From positions 1 to 43,788 of IMG/VR virus record IMGVR_UViG_3300011339_000704: a stretch of 43,788 nt of DNA; one strand, given 5' to 3'. The DNA comes from a virus. Lineage: Duplodnaviria > Caudoviricetes. A model generated the notes under the pieces. The model did no database searches. It was not told the DNA's origin and saw nothing but the letters and a program-made list of their open reading frames with translations. The translations under genes and the position numbers were made by a program. This document shows, one piece after another, positions 16,864 through 24,707 of this stretch. Position 1 is the first letter of the stretch. Every line of letters starts with the position of its first letter.

Positions 16864-17550
16864 GTGATACCCAAAATACTACTCGGAGCACCGATAAACC
16901 AACGCAAGGCATACGTACTTGACGAATGGCTAAAGTTCATTAGAACGCTTACCTATCCTAACTTGCATATTATTCTAGTGGATAACAGCAACGACCCGAA
17001 ATGGCACAAGACAATAAAAGGTTTTGATGTTCGCAGGGTAGAGCCTAAAGGCAGACCCGAAGCGTACATAGCAGCATCGCAGGAAGTGATAAGAGAGTAC
17101 GCACTAACTAACGGGTTTGATTATCTATTTAGTTTGGAGTGCGATAACTTTTGCCCACAAGACACCATTGAACGGTTGCTAGTGTACCGTACCGATAACA
17201 TTAACGTGCCTTACTTTTTGAAGGAGGGTTTAAATACCACCGTTGGCGTTCAATTGATGGGTATTAGCCAAGCCACTTACAGGCGGTTTGATGTACCACC
17301 ACCCGAAAGCTGCATAGGGTTCTTTGATGGCAAACTAAAGACAGGCGTACCGTCAATCGGGTGTAGTTTGTTTAGCCGTAACCTACTCGAAAAGGTGCAA
17401 TTTAGGCACGACCCAAACCAACTAGGTAAGTTTAGCGATAGTTGGTTTCACCTTGACAGCATGAGAGTAGGAATAACCCCCGTAATTGTAACCGATATAA
17501 TTTCAACACATAAACGTAACCCACAATGGAGTTCAATAAAGAACAACTAG
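16864..17550 (+). CDS. glycosyltransferase (GT-A fold)
   Basis: IILVDNS, YLFSLECD (DxD-like), GCSLFSR and FSDSWF motifs. Confidence 0.8.
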   Translation: MIPKILLGAPINQRKAYVLDEWLKFIRTLTYPNLHIILVDNSNDPKWHKTIKGFDVRRVEPKGRPEAYIAASQEVIREYALTNGFDYLFSLECDNFCPQDTIERLLVYRTDNINVPYFLKEGLNTTVGVQLMGISQATYRRFDVPPPESCIGFFDGKLKTGVPSIGCSLFSRNLLEKVQFRHDPNQLGKFSDSWFHLDSMRVGITPVIVTDIISTHKRNPQWSSIKNN

Positions 17551-17993
17551 AACAAGCATGGCAGGAACGCTTTGAACGTGAGCACGAATACCTAACACTT
17601 ATCGAAGGGTATCGCAACGCAAAGCAAAAGGCACTAGACAAAGCCGAACCCGATAGCGTGGAGTACTGGCAGCTAAGTATAGAGATATTCGACCTAGATA
17701 CCAACATCAAAACAAAAGAACATTATATCGAAAGCATGAAACAAGACAAGGCGCAACAACAAGCCTTTCAAGATGCCAAGATGCAATTTATCGAAACGCA
17801 TTCGACGGACATACTTAAAAAGGCAAGGGTATGTATAGAGAGGGGAACGGATAGAGCAACCGTACTCGAAGCCTTGACAAAGGAAATGCCGCAACGAGAA
17901 ACGCCCGAATGGTATGCAAGGATATGGGAGATTAACGAGCACGTGAACGCTGCGAAAGTACCAACAACCGAACAACTAAAAGCGGTTAAATGA
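17526..17993 (+). CDS. alpha-helical hypothetical protein
   Basis: Coupled ORF rich in E/Q/K. Confidence 0.65.
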   Translation: MEFNKEQLEQAWQERFEREHEYLTLIEGYRNAKQKALDKAEPDSVEYWQLSIEIFDLDTNIKTKEHYIESMKQDKAQQQAFQDAKMQFIETHSTDILKKARVCIERGTDRATVLEALTKEMPQRETPEWYARIWEINEHVNAAKVPTTEQLKAVK

Positions 17994-18649
17994 AAGACTT
18001 TGAATATTCAGTAATGCAAACGCATAACCATCTTTATTTTTTTGGGGAATATGTACCAAAGACAAAAGACATACAGAGTTATGGCTATTACAAAGCCGTT
18101 ATGTATGACGGTAATAGCTTTAATTTAAATATGGGGGTAGGGGAATCCAATATGTATGATTTTAAAAAGATTTTCCAAGACATTGAGATTGCCAATTTTT
18201 TAGAAATGCCTTCGCTAGATTTCCAACTTCAAGGCAAAACCATAAAAAATTGGTATGGTGATATTATTGCTAACTCAAAGCAAGCTATAACTACCGATTG
18301 TGAATTTCTTTGTAAAAGTGGAAGCGATAGCCCTTTTATAATACCAACAGGCACAAAGATAGATTTAACACTTAACTCATTTACTTACAAAGGTGAGCGC
18401 AGAGATTGGCGTGGCGTTATAGGGTTACCAAGCCTACCACAAAGTGTATTAGTTAGGAATGAAAATGAATGGGTTAACATAAAGCAAGTTTTAACCGTGT
18501 TAGAACATGACTATGTTGAAATAGATTTATTTCCAAAATCCATTGCTATTGATGAGAATAGCAAAACAATTACAATTAACGAGCCTAATGCAATAGACAT
18601 TAACGGCAAAGAATTTTATAACGATATGTTTTTTAAGATTTGGAGATGA
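17990..18649 (+). CDS. hypothetical protein
   Basis: ATGA-coupled on both sides; visibly more AT-rich than neighbours. Confidence 0.65.
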   Translation: MKDFEYSVMQTHNHLYFFGEYVPKTKDIQSYGYYKAVMYDGNSFNLNMGVGESNMYDFKKIFQDIEIANFLEMPSLDFQLQGKTIKNWYGDIIANSKQAITTDCEFLCKSGSDSPFIIPTGTKIDLTLNSFTYKGERRDWRGVIGLPSLPQSVLVRNENEWVNIKQVLTVLEHDYVEIDLFPKSIAIDENSKTITINEPNAIDINGKEFYNDMFFKIWR

Positions 18650-19323
18650 GAATAAGCCTAATACACCCAAGCCGTAGCCGCCCCGAAATGGCACACGCTA
18701 ACTACCTTAACTGGTTAGCCAAAAGCGAAGCGCACAACAACGGGAATTCAAAGATAATCATTGAGCATATCCTGTCATTGGACTTAGATGAACCGAGATA
18801 CGATGACTATGTACGGTTGTTTGGGGCGCACCACATAGTCCGTGAGAATACAAGCGATGGGTACGTAGTAGGTGCGACCAATGCAGCGGCTAAGTACGCC
18901 ACAGGTGACATTCTGATTTACCTTAGTGATGACTTTGATTGCCCTAAACATTGGGATAAGTTGATAGCGGATAAAATGGATATTAACCTTGAGCAAATAC
19001 TAAAGGTTGATGACTGTTTGCAGCCAATGGGAGTAGCCGTATTAACCATACCCATAATGACTAAAGCGTTTTATAATCGGTTTGGGTATTTCTTCCACCC
19101 CGAATACAAATCAATGTTTTGCGATGAGGACTTGTACCATGTAGCCCGTATAATAAACGGGTTAGTATTTGCACCCGATTTAAAGTTCCCACACTTACAC
19201 CCTAGTAACCCGACAAAGGAACTACAAGGTACAAGCGATAACACTTACAACCGTTCTAATGGTATGTGGACACAAGGGCAAACACTACACACCAAACGAA
19301 GGTTAAATAATTACGGGCTATGA
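18646..19323 (+). CDS. glycosyltransferase family 2-like
   Basis: ISLIHPSRSR, ATNAAAKYATGDILIYLSDD, YKSMFCDED and HLHP motifs. Confidence 0.8.
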   Translation: MRISLIHPSRSRPEMAHANYLNWLAKSEAHNNGNSKIIIEHILSLDLDEPRYDDYVRLFGAHHIVRENTSDGYVVGATNAAAKYATGDILIYLSDDFDCPKHWDKLIADKMDINLEQILKVDDCLQPMGVAVLTIPIMTKAFYNRFGYFFHPEYKSMFCDEDLYHVARIINGLVFAPDLKFPHLHPSNPTKELQGTSDNTYNRSNGMWTQGQTLHTKRRLNNYGL

Positions 19324-19877
19324 AGCTATCAATTTTAATATGCTCAATCGAAAGCCGTAGCCACTTGTTAGCTAGGTTGTTGGCTACACTGGATATGCAA
19401 AGCGATATTAATGCGGAAGTGTTAGTGTCGATTGATAACCGCCAAAAGAAAATAAGCGATAAGCGCAACGAGTTATTGGATAAGGCTAAAGGCGACTATA
19501 TTGTTTTTATAGATGATGACGACCTAGTGCCGAGTTACTACGTTAGCGAACTGTTAAAGGCTATTGAAACCAAACCCGATTGCGTAGGCTTTGACGGCTA
19601 CATGACAACCAACGGCAAAGACCGCCACAACTTCAAGATTAGTAATACGTTTGACAGTTGGTACGAAAAAGACAAGGTTTATTATCGGACTATTAACCAC
19701 CTTTGCCCTGTTAAACGGGAACTCGCTTTAAGGGTAAAATTTCCGAGAGGTATAAATAGCGGTGAAGATGCCGACTATTCAAACAGGCTAAGACCATTAC
19801 TTAAAACAGAGGTTTACATTAACAAAGATATGTACCATTACGATTTTCAAACAGCGATAACTACACAAGGCAAATGA
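19320..19877 (+). CDS. glycosyltransferase family 2
   Basis: LSILICS, KRNELLDKAKGDYIVFIDDDD and GEDADY motifs. Confidence 0.88.
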   Translation: MKLSILICSIESRSHLLARLLATLDMQSDINAEVLVSIDNRQKKISDKRNELLDKAKGDYIVFIDDDDLVPSYYVSELLKAIETKPDCVGFDGYMTTNGKDRHNFKISNTFDSWYEKDKVYYRTINHLCPVKRELALRVKFPRGINSGEDADYSNRLRPLLKTEVYINKDMYHYDFQTAITTQGK

Positions 19878-20473
19878 GATACTCACAAAACAATGAGCAG
19901 CAAGTAATACTAGACTACTTTGGCGAGCACTACATCGGTACGTTTTTAGATTTAGGCTGCAATGACGGGGTAACATTTTCAAACACCCGTGCAATCGCTT
20001 TAAACGGCTGGAGTGGTATGTTAGTAGATGCCAGCGAAACCGCTGCAAACCTAGCGCAAACGCTTTATAAAGACAATGACAGGGTAGAAGTAGTTAACGT
20101 AGCGATAGCACCTTACAAGGGCTTTATTACGTTTTACGAAAGCGGTACGCATTTAGGCGGTCAAGATGTTAGCTTAGTTAGTACGATAATCGAAAGTGAA
20201 AAACAACGATGGGTTAACGATAAATTTACAGAGGTGCAAGTACCTTGCGATACGGTTAAGAGCATAATGAACGGGCGCACGTTTGATTTTATCAATATTG
20301 ACATTGAGGGCATGGACTTTGAGGTGTTGAGTCAAATAGACTTAACTGATGTTAAATGCGTATGCGTGGAGTACAACGGGATAGAGCCAAAAAAGTATAT
20401 TCAGTATTGCGCTGGGTACGGATTAACCGAAATACACCGCAACGGAGAAAACCTAATTTTTGCAGCGATATGA
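19874..20473 (+). CDS. FkbM-family methyltransferase
   Basis: YSQNNE, FLDLGCNDG...SNT, GWSGMLVD, FINIDIEGMD and CVEY motifs. Confidence 0.88.
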   Translation: MRYSQNNEQQVILDYFGEHYIGTFLDLGCNDGVTFSNTRAIALNGWSGMLVDASETAANLAQTLYKDNDRVEVVNVAIAPYKGFITFYESGTHLGGQDVSLVSTIIESEKQRWVNDKFTEVQVPCDTVKSIMNGRTFDFINIDIEGMDFEVLSQIDLTDVKCVCVEYNGIEPKKYIQYCAGYGLTEIHRNGENLIFAAI

Positions 20474-21138
20474 GAAACATAATAGTAACCTTTGCAAAGG
20501 GCAACCCCCGATACATAGCAGCCGCAAAAGCGCAAAAGCAAAGCCTAATCGCTAAAGGCTATACAGGCGAATACATTTGTTACACCAGCGAAAAACAACT
20601 AGGTTGCCCAAACCACAAAGATAACCCATATGCGTTCAAAGCCTATGCGATTAAAAAGGCACTAGACGAAGGGTACGATAATATCCTTTGGCTGGATAGC
20701 GTGGTGCAATGCGTAGCCCCTTTAGATAAGCTATTTGAGCACATACAAGACACGGGGTATTCATTCTTTGACAACTACACCTATGCTATTGGTTCGTACT
20801 GTAACGATAGCTGCAAATCAATTTACGGCATAACGGAAACGGAACTACAAGCCCCTATGATTATGGCTTGCGTAATGGGACTAAATAGAGAAAAGGCTAA
20901 TGTATTTATTGAGCAGTATTACGAAGGTGCTTTAAACGGTTCTTTTGTTGGCAGTTGGGACGACCATAGGCACGACCAAACCGTTGCAAGCCTATTGATA
21001 AATAGGAATAATATACCTATCTTGCAAGGGCATGAAACCTTTTTTATGTACTACTTTATGGTAGGGCTTGAGTTCGAGTATAATAATCAATTAATCAAAC
21101 TAGACAGGGGTTCAGATGTATGCCTGTTATCAATCTAA
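20470..21138 (+). CDS. nucleotide-diphospho-sugar transferase-like protein
   Basis: PYAFKAYAI, ILWLDS and HRHDQT motifs of GT-A-like transferases; ATG 20470 is ATGA-coupled. Confidence 0.7.
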   Translation: MRNIIVTFAKGNPRYIAAAKAQKQSLIAKGYTGEYICYTSEKQLGCPNHKDNPYAFKAYAIKKALDEGYDNILWLDSVVQCVAPLDKLFEHIQDTGYSFFDNYTYAIGSYCNDSCKSIYGITETELQAPMIMACVMGLNREKANVFIEQYYEGALNGSFVGSWDDHRHDQTVASLLINRNNIPILQGHETFFMYYFMVGLEFEYNNQLIKLDRGSDVCLLSI

Positions 21139-21141
21139 CTT

Positions 21142-21759
21142 ATGGGAGTAACAACACACTCAAATAACCTAGTGCAAAAGCACAAAGGCAACGCTAAAAC
21201 AATGCTCGAATTAGGTAGCCAAAACACCTACTTTGATTGTGAGCCTACTGGAGTAGCTAAAGACTACTACACTAAACAAGGCTTTGACCATTATAGCCTT
21301 GATGCAAACGGGGAATACGATAGCGAGATAGTAGATTTGTCAACCGTATTGAATTTAGAGCCGTGCGACATTGTTACCGATTTCGGCACAAGCGAACACG
21401 TTAGCAATTATTATAACTGTTGGCTTAATAAACACAACGGGTGTAACATTGGCGGTTTGATTATAAGCGAAAACCCAAAGGTGAACAACTGGCACGGGCA
21501 CGGTTTTCACTACTTGACCAAAGAATTCTATACCGAACTTTGCAAGGTTGCAGGATATGAACTAATTGAAGTTGGTGAACACGCTGCAATGGGTAACGTA
21601 ACAGATGGGTGGAACGTGTACGGGGTATTGCGAAAAGTTAGCGATGCGTTTCCAAGTGAAAGTGACTTTTGCGCTTTGCCATTTGAAAGTACCAATAGAG
21701 ATAAACAGAAAACTGAAACAACCGCACCTAAAAAACGTGGCAGACCCTCAAAGAAATGA
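21142..21759 (+). CDS. class I SAM-dependent methyltransferase
   Basis: MLELGSQ, SLDANG, VDLS, DIVTDFGTSEHV and GGLII motifs; C-terminal PKKRGRPSKK. Confidence 0.78.
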   Translation: MGVTTHSNNLVQKHKGNAKTMLELGSQNTYFDCEPTGVAKDYYTKQGFDHYSLDANGEYDSEIVDLSTVLNLEPCDIVTDFGTSEHVSNYYNCWLNKHNGCNIGGLIISENPKVNNWHGHGFHYLTKEFYTELCKVAGYELIEVGEHAAMGNVTDGWNVYGVLRKVSDAFPSESDFCALPFESTNRDKQKTETTAPKKRGRPSKK

Positions 21760-22490
21760 AACTAGCAGCAGTTTACAACGTATGGGACGGATTAGAGCAC
21801 TTGGATAAGTCCATAAGCCTAATTTATCCGTTTGTTGACCACGTTATATTAGTGTGGCAAGACCGTAGTAATTTTGGCGAACTGAACCCCGATACTTCGA
21901 TATGCATTCAAGCATTATCGGCTAAGTACTCAAAGGTAACGCATAGCTACTACACCCCCGACATACAGAAAGGCGGTACGCATAACGAGATAGCCAAGCG
22001 GTTTAAAGGTAGCATGATTGCAAAGGATTTAGACTGTACGCATTTCCTGCATATTGATACGGATGAGTATTACGTACCTAGTGATTTTGAAGCTGGCAAA
22101 GCGTTTGTTTTGGAGCACAACCTAGACACTAGCTATTGTAAACTCGTTACCTACTTCAAACAGCCTAATTACAGATTAGAGCCTTTAGAAAGTTACTTTG
22201 TGCCGTTCATTTGCAAAATTACCTCATGCAATATTGGAGGTTTTGGAATATACGTAGACCCAACTAGGGGTACAAGCCCACAAGGTAGATGCAAGGAAGT
22301 ACCGATACTGATGCACCACATGAGTTATATTAGGAATGACATCGCAATGAAGATACGAAACAGCAGCGCACGGGGTAACATAAAGGACATGGCTAAACGG
22401 CTAAAGGAGATAGACGATTGGCAGCTAGGGCAACCACACCCGTTCATGCCACAGTATAGCATAGTGGAAACGAATAATTTATTTGAGTAA
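21756..22490 (+). CDS. glycosyltransferase family 2-like
   Basis: YNVWDG.EHL, HFLHIDTDEYY (DxD) and MHHMSYIR motifs. Confidence 0.75.
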   Translation: MKLAAVYNVWDGLEHLDKSISLIYPFVDHVILVWQDRSNFGELNPDTSICIQALSAKYSKVTHSYYTPDIQKGGTHNEIAKRFKGSMIAKDLDCTHFLHIDTDEYYVPSDFEAGKAFVLEHNLDTSYCKLVTYFKQPNYRLEPLESYFVPFICKITSCNIGGFGIYVDPTRGTSPQGRCKEVPILMHHMSYIRNDIAMKIRNSSARGNIKDMAKRLKEIDDWQLGQPHPFMPQYSIVETNNLFE

Positions 22491-22500
22491 AACATTGGAG

Positions 22501-22530
22501 ACTCAGCCCCGTAAGGTTGGGTTTTTCTTT
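22501..22530 (+). terminator. intrinsic terminator closing the GT cluster
   Basis: ACTCAGCC-ccgtaa-GGTTGGGT stem (with G-U pairs) followed by TTTTCTTT. Confidence 0.65.
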
Positions 22531-22566
22531 GCCTAAAAATAAATTTAGACTACCCTAAAACTATTG

Positions 22567-22594
22567 TTTGGTAAGTCTAAAATAACTATATTTG
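22567..22594 (+). promoter_or_regulatory. promoter for the tail operon
   Basis: TTTG 22567-22570 and TATATTTG 22587-22594; ATG 4 nt downstream. Confidence 0.65.
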
Positions 22595-22598
22595 TAAC

Positions 22599-23072
22599 AT
22601 GGCAACCCTCATTGATGTTATTGATATACTCCAAACAACAGCCGATGCAATGGCAGGGCTGCAAGGCTTTACATACGGCAACCGTTCAGAGATTAACACG
22701 CAAGGCGACAAGCTATACCCACGTTTACTAGTTGACCGCAATTTGAACGTAAATACAATGGACTTTATAAAAGGTCGCAGGGTGTACTCAATGCAGTTCC
22801 AATTCTTTCAGTTGTTTCATAGAGATGTTGAAGCGTTAAACACTGACCAAACAGAGCAGGAAAACTTGTTGAGCATTGCGGAGCAGTACCTAACAGAAAT
22901 ACGGGCACGGTTCAAAACCAATGCCCGTATAAGGATTGTAAACGATACCGCAACGGGTGGCGACTTTGTATTTAATTACAGCAACGATAGGCTATTGAGG
23001 TTGCAATTTCCGCTACAAATAGAAGTATTTACCGATGCTTGCGTAAACGGGGTGTTTAATTATGGAGTTTAA
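22599..23072 (+). CDS. putative tail terminator/completion protein
   Basis: Size, YPRLLV motif, and first position in the tail operon. Confidence 0.5.
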   Translation: MATLIDVIDILQTTADAMAGLQGFTYGNRSEINTQGDKLYPRLLVDRNLNVNTMDFIKGRRVYSMQFQFFQLFHRDVEALNTDQTEQENLLSIAEQYLTEIRARFKTNARIRIVNDTATGGDFVFNYSNDRLLRLQFPLQIEVFTDACVNGVFNYGV

Positions 23073-23535
23073 AGAACTTCAAACGGAACTAGAGATAGTT
23101 GGTCAATTCATGGCTAACATCTTGATAGCCGAAATAGTCGCTAAAAAGAAAGTAGCAAGCGGACAATTACGAGATAGCGTTGAGTATGTGATAAGCCGAA
23201 CCGAAAACAGCTACAAAGTGGATTTATTAGCAGATAGGTACATAAACAATGTAAGCGATGGGCGCAAGGCTGGTTATCCAAGTGGTGGCGACGGTTCATT
23301 TCTAAAAGCACTAATTGAGTGGGTAAAGATTAAAGGATTAGAGAGTGACGATAAGAAAGTAAAGTCGGCAGCGTGGGCAATTCGTGAAGCGATATTCAAA
23401 CGGGGCATACCAGCTACCAATATAATTGAGTTTGCGATTGAGCAAATAGAACGGCAGATTGATGACATGATAACAGCAGCACTTGACAAAGATATAAAGA
23501 ACCATTTTAACGAAATGTTTAATAAGTTAGGATAA
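23062..23535 (+). CDS. HK97 gp10-like tail completion protein
   Basis: ASGQLRDSV...GRKAG...WVKIKG...AIREAIFKRGI motifs. Confidence 0.6.
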   Translation: MEFKELQTELEIVGQFMANILIAEIVAKKKVASGQLRDSVEYVISRTENSYKVDLLADRYINNVSDGRKAGYPSGGDGSFLKALIEWVKIKGLESDDKKVKSAAWAIREAIFKRGIPATNIIEFAIEQIERQIDDMITAALDKDIKNHFNEMFNKLG

Positions 23536-24707
23536 TGGCAATAACACTATTAGGTCAACAAGCTACACCGTTGGAGTCATTTACGAATGCGGTATGGACT
23601 GTATCCAGCAACAACCCGAACGTAAAAAAAATGGTGGGTGTATTTCAAGGCGTTAACGGCAATTCAGTTGCATCTGATATTACCTTACAAGTACAACCAA
23701 GCATAGCAGGCACAGCAGTATTTGAATTTGATTTGCAGGAGTTTTACCGTGATAATGTAAGTTACGATATTCAAACGCCAGCGATTGCAGCACGACAATA
23801 CACCGCACCTAATAGCTACTTTCGTTTGTTATCTTATGAGTTTACAGAGTTGCTTAATAGCAACGGTGTTCTAGTGACTGGCGGCGACTTGCTTGCTATC
23901 GTTGATAAAACGGTTATCAATGCAGCCCGACAGACTTACAACGCAGCAGGATTGCCCAATAAGGTTATAACCGCTGGCGTAGGCTTTGGTGAGTTCCTAA
24001 CGAATAGCCCCCGAACAATAAACATAGCCACAGGAGAAAGCTACGTTTTGAGCCTTTACAGTTCCAATAACAGCCCTAATGCCATAGCCGTATCATTTTT
24101 AAACGAAGCAGGCAGCACAATATCCGTTCAGTATATTGATTACACCGCTAGTATTAGTGGGCGGTATGATATAGCCGTAGGATTAGCCAATTTAGCCACG
24201 GCAGGAATAACACCGCCAGCAGGGGCGTATTCTTATGCAGTAGCCGTTGGTGTTAAGACGGGCATAAATTTTGCCCTGTCAAGTGAAGTGGTATTTTTTA
24301 AGATAGTGACACAATGCGAGGGCGCAGTTAGGGTTCACTTCCTAAATAGGTGGGGCGGTTACGACAGCTACACCTTTACAGGCTTTAATACAAGTTCAGT
24401 AAAACCAAGCAGCACCCAATACGAAAAATACTTACGCAACGGGTTTACACCTAAAGACAGGGGCGCACAGGCTCAATATAGAGATGTGGTACAAACAATG
24501 ACTTTAAATAGTGACATATTGTCACAAGATGAGTCCGAGTGGTTAGCGGAGTTAGTAGGTAGTCCCGTAGCATACATGGAAACCGCAGGGCAACTAATCC
24601 CGATAACGATAGACGATGAGCGGTTCACTTATGACAACCGAAACAAACTAGGCAGCTTGACTTTAGCGATCCGATTGGCTAACAATATCCGCAACCAAAG
24701 GTTATGA
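23535..24707 (+). CDS. tail structural protein (distal tail-like)
   Basis: Beta-rich; FLNRWGGYDSYTF...ELVGSPVAY C-terminal motif typical of Bacteroidota siphophage tail proteins. Confidence 0.6.
   Translation: MAITLLGQQATPLESFTNAVWTVSSNNPNVKKMVGVFQGVNGNSVASDITLQVQPSIAGTAVFEFDLQEFYRDNVSYDIQTPAIAARQYTAPNSYFRLLSYEFTELLNSNGVLVTGGDLLAIVDKTVINAARQTYNAAGLPNKVITAGVGFGEFLTNSPRTINIATGESYVLSLYSSNNSPNAIAVSFLNEAGSTISVQYIDYTASISGRYDIAVGLANLATAGITPPAGAYSYAVAVGVKTGINFALSSEVVFFKIVTQCEGAVRVHFLNRWGGYDSYTFTGFNTSSVKPSSTQYEKYLRNGFTPKDRGAQAQYRDVVQTMTLNSDILSQDESEWLAELVGSPVAYMETAGQLIPITIDDERFTYDNRNKLGSLTLAIRLANNIRNQRL

Noticed and set aside
20356-20469. N-terminal extensions from alternative starts (also 310, 8067, 11483, 33926, 36607, 40316)
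   Set aside because: They overlap upstream genes or promoter boxes; downstream ATGs show ATGA coupling or the phage leader motif.
22544-22581. Inverted repeat TTTAGACT/AGTCTAAA around the tail-operon -33 box as an operator
   Set aside because: Only 8 bp, AT-rich and not seen at other promoters; could be chance.
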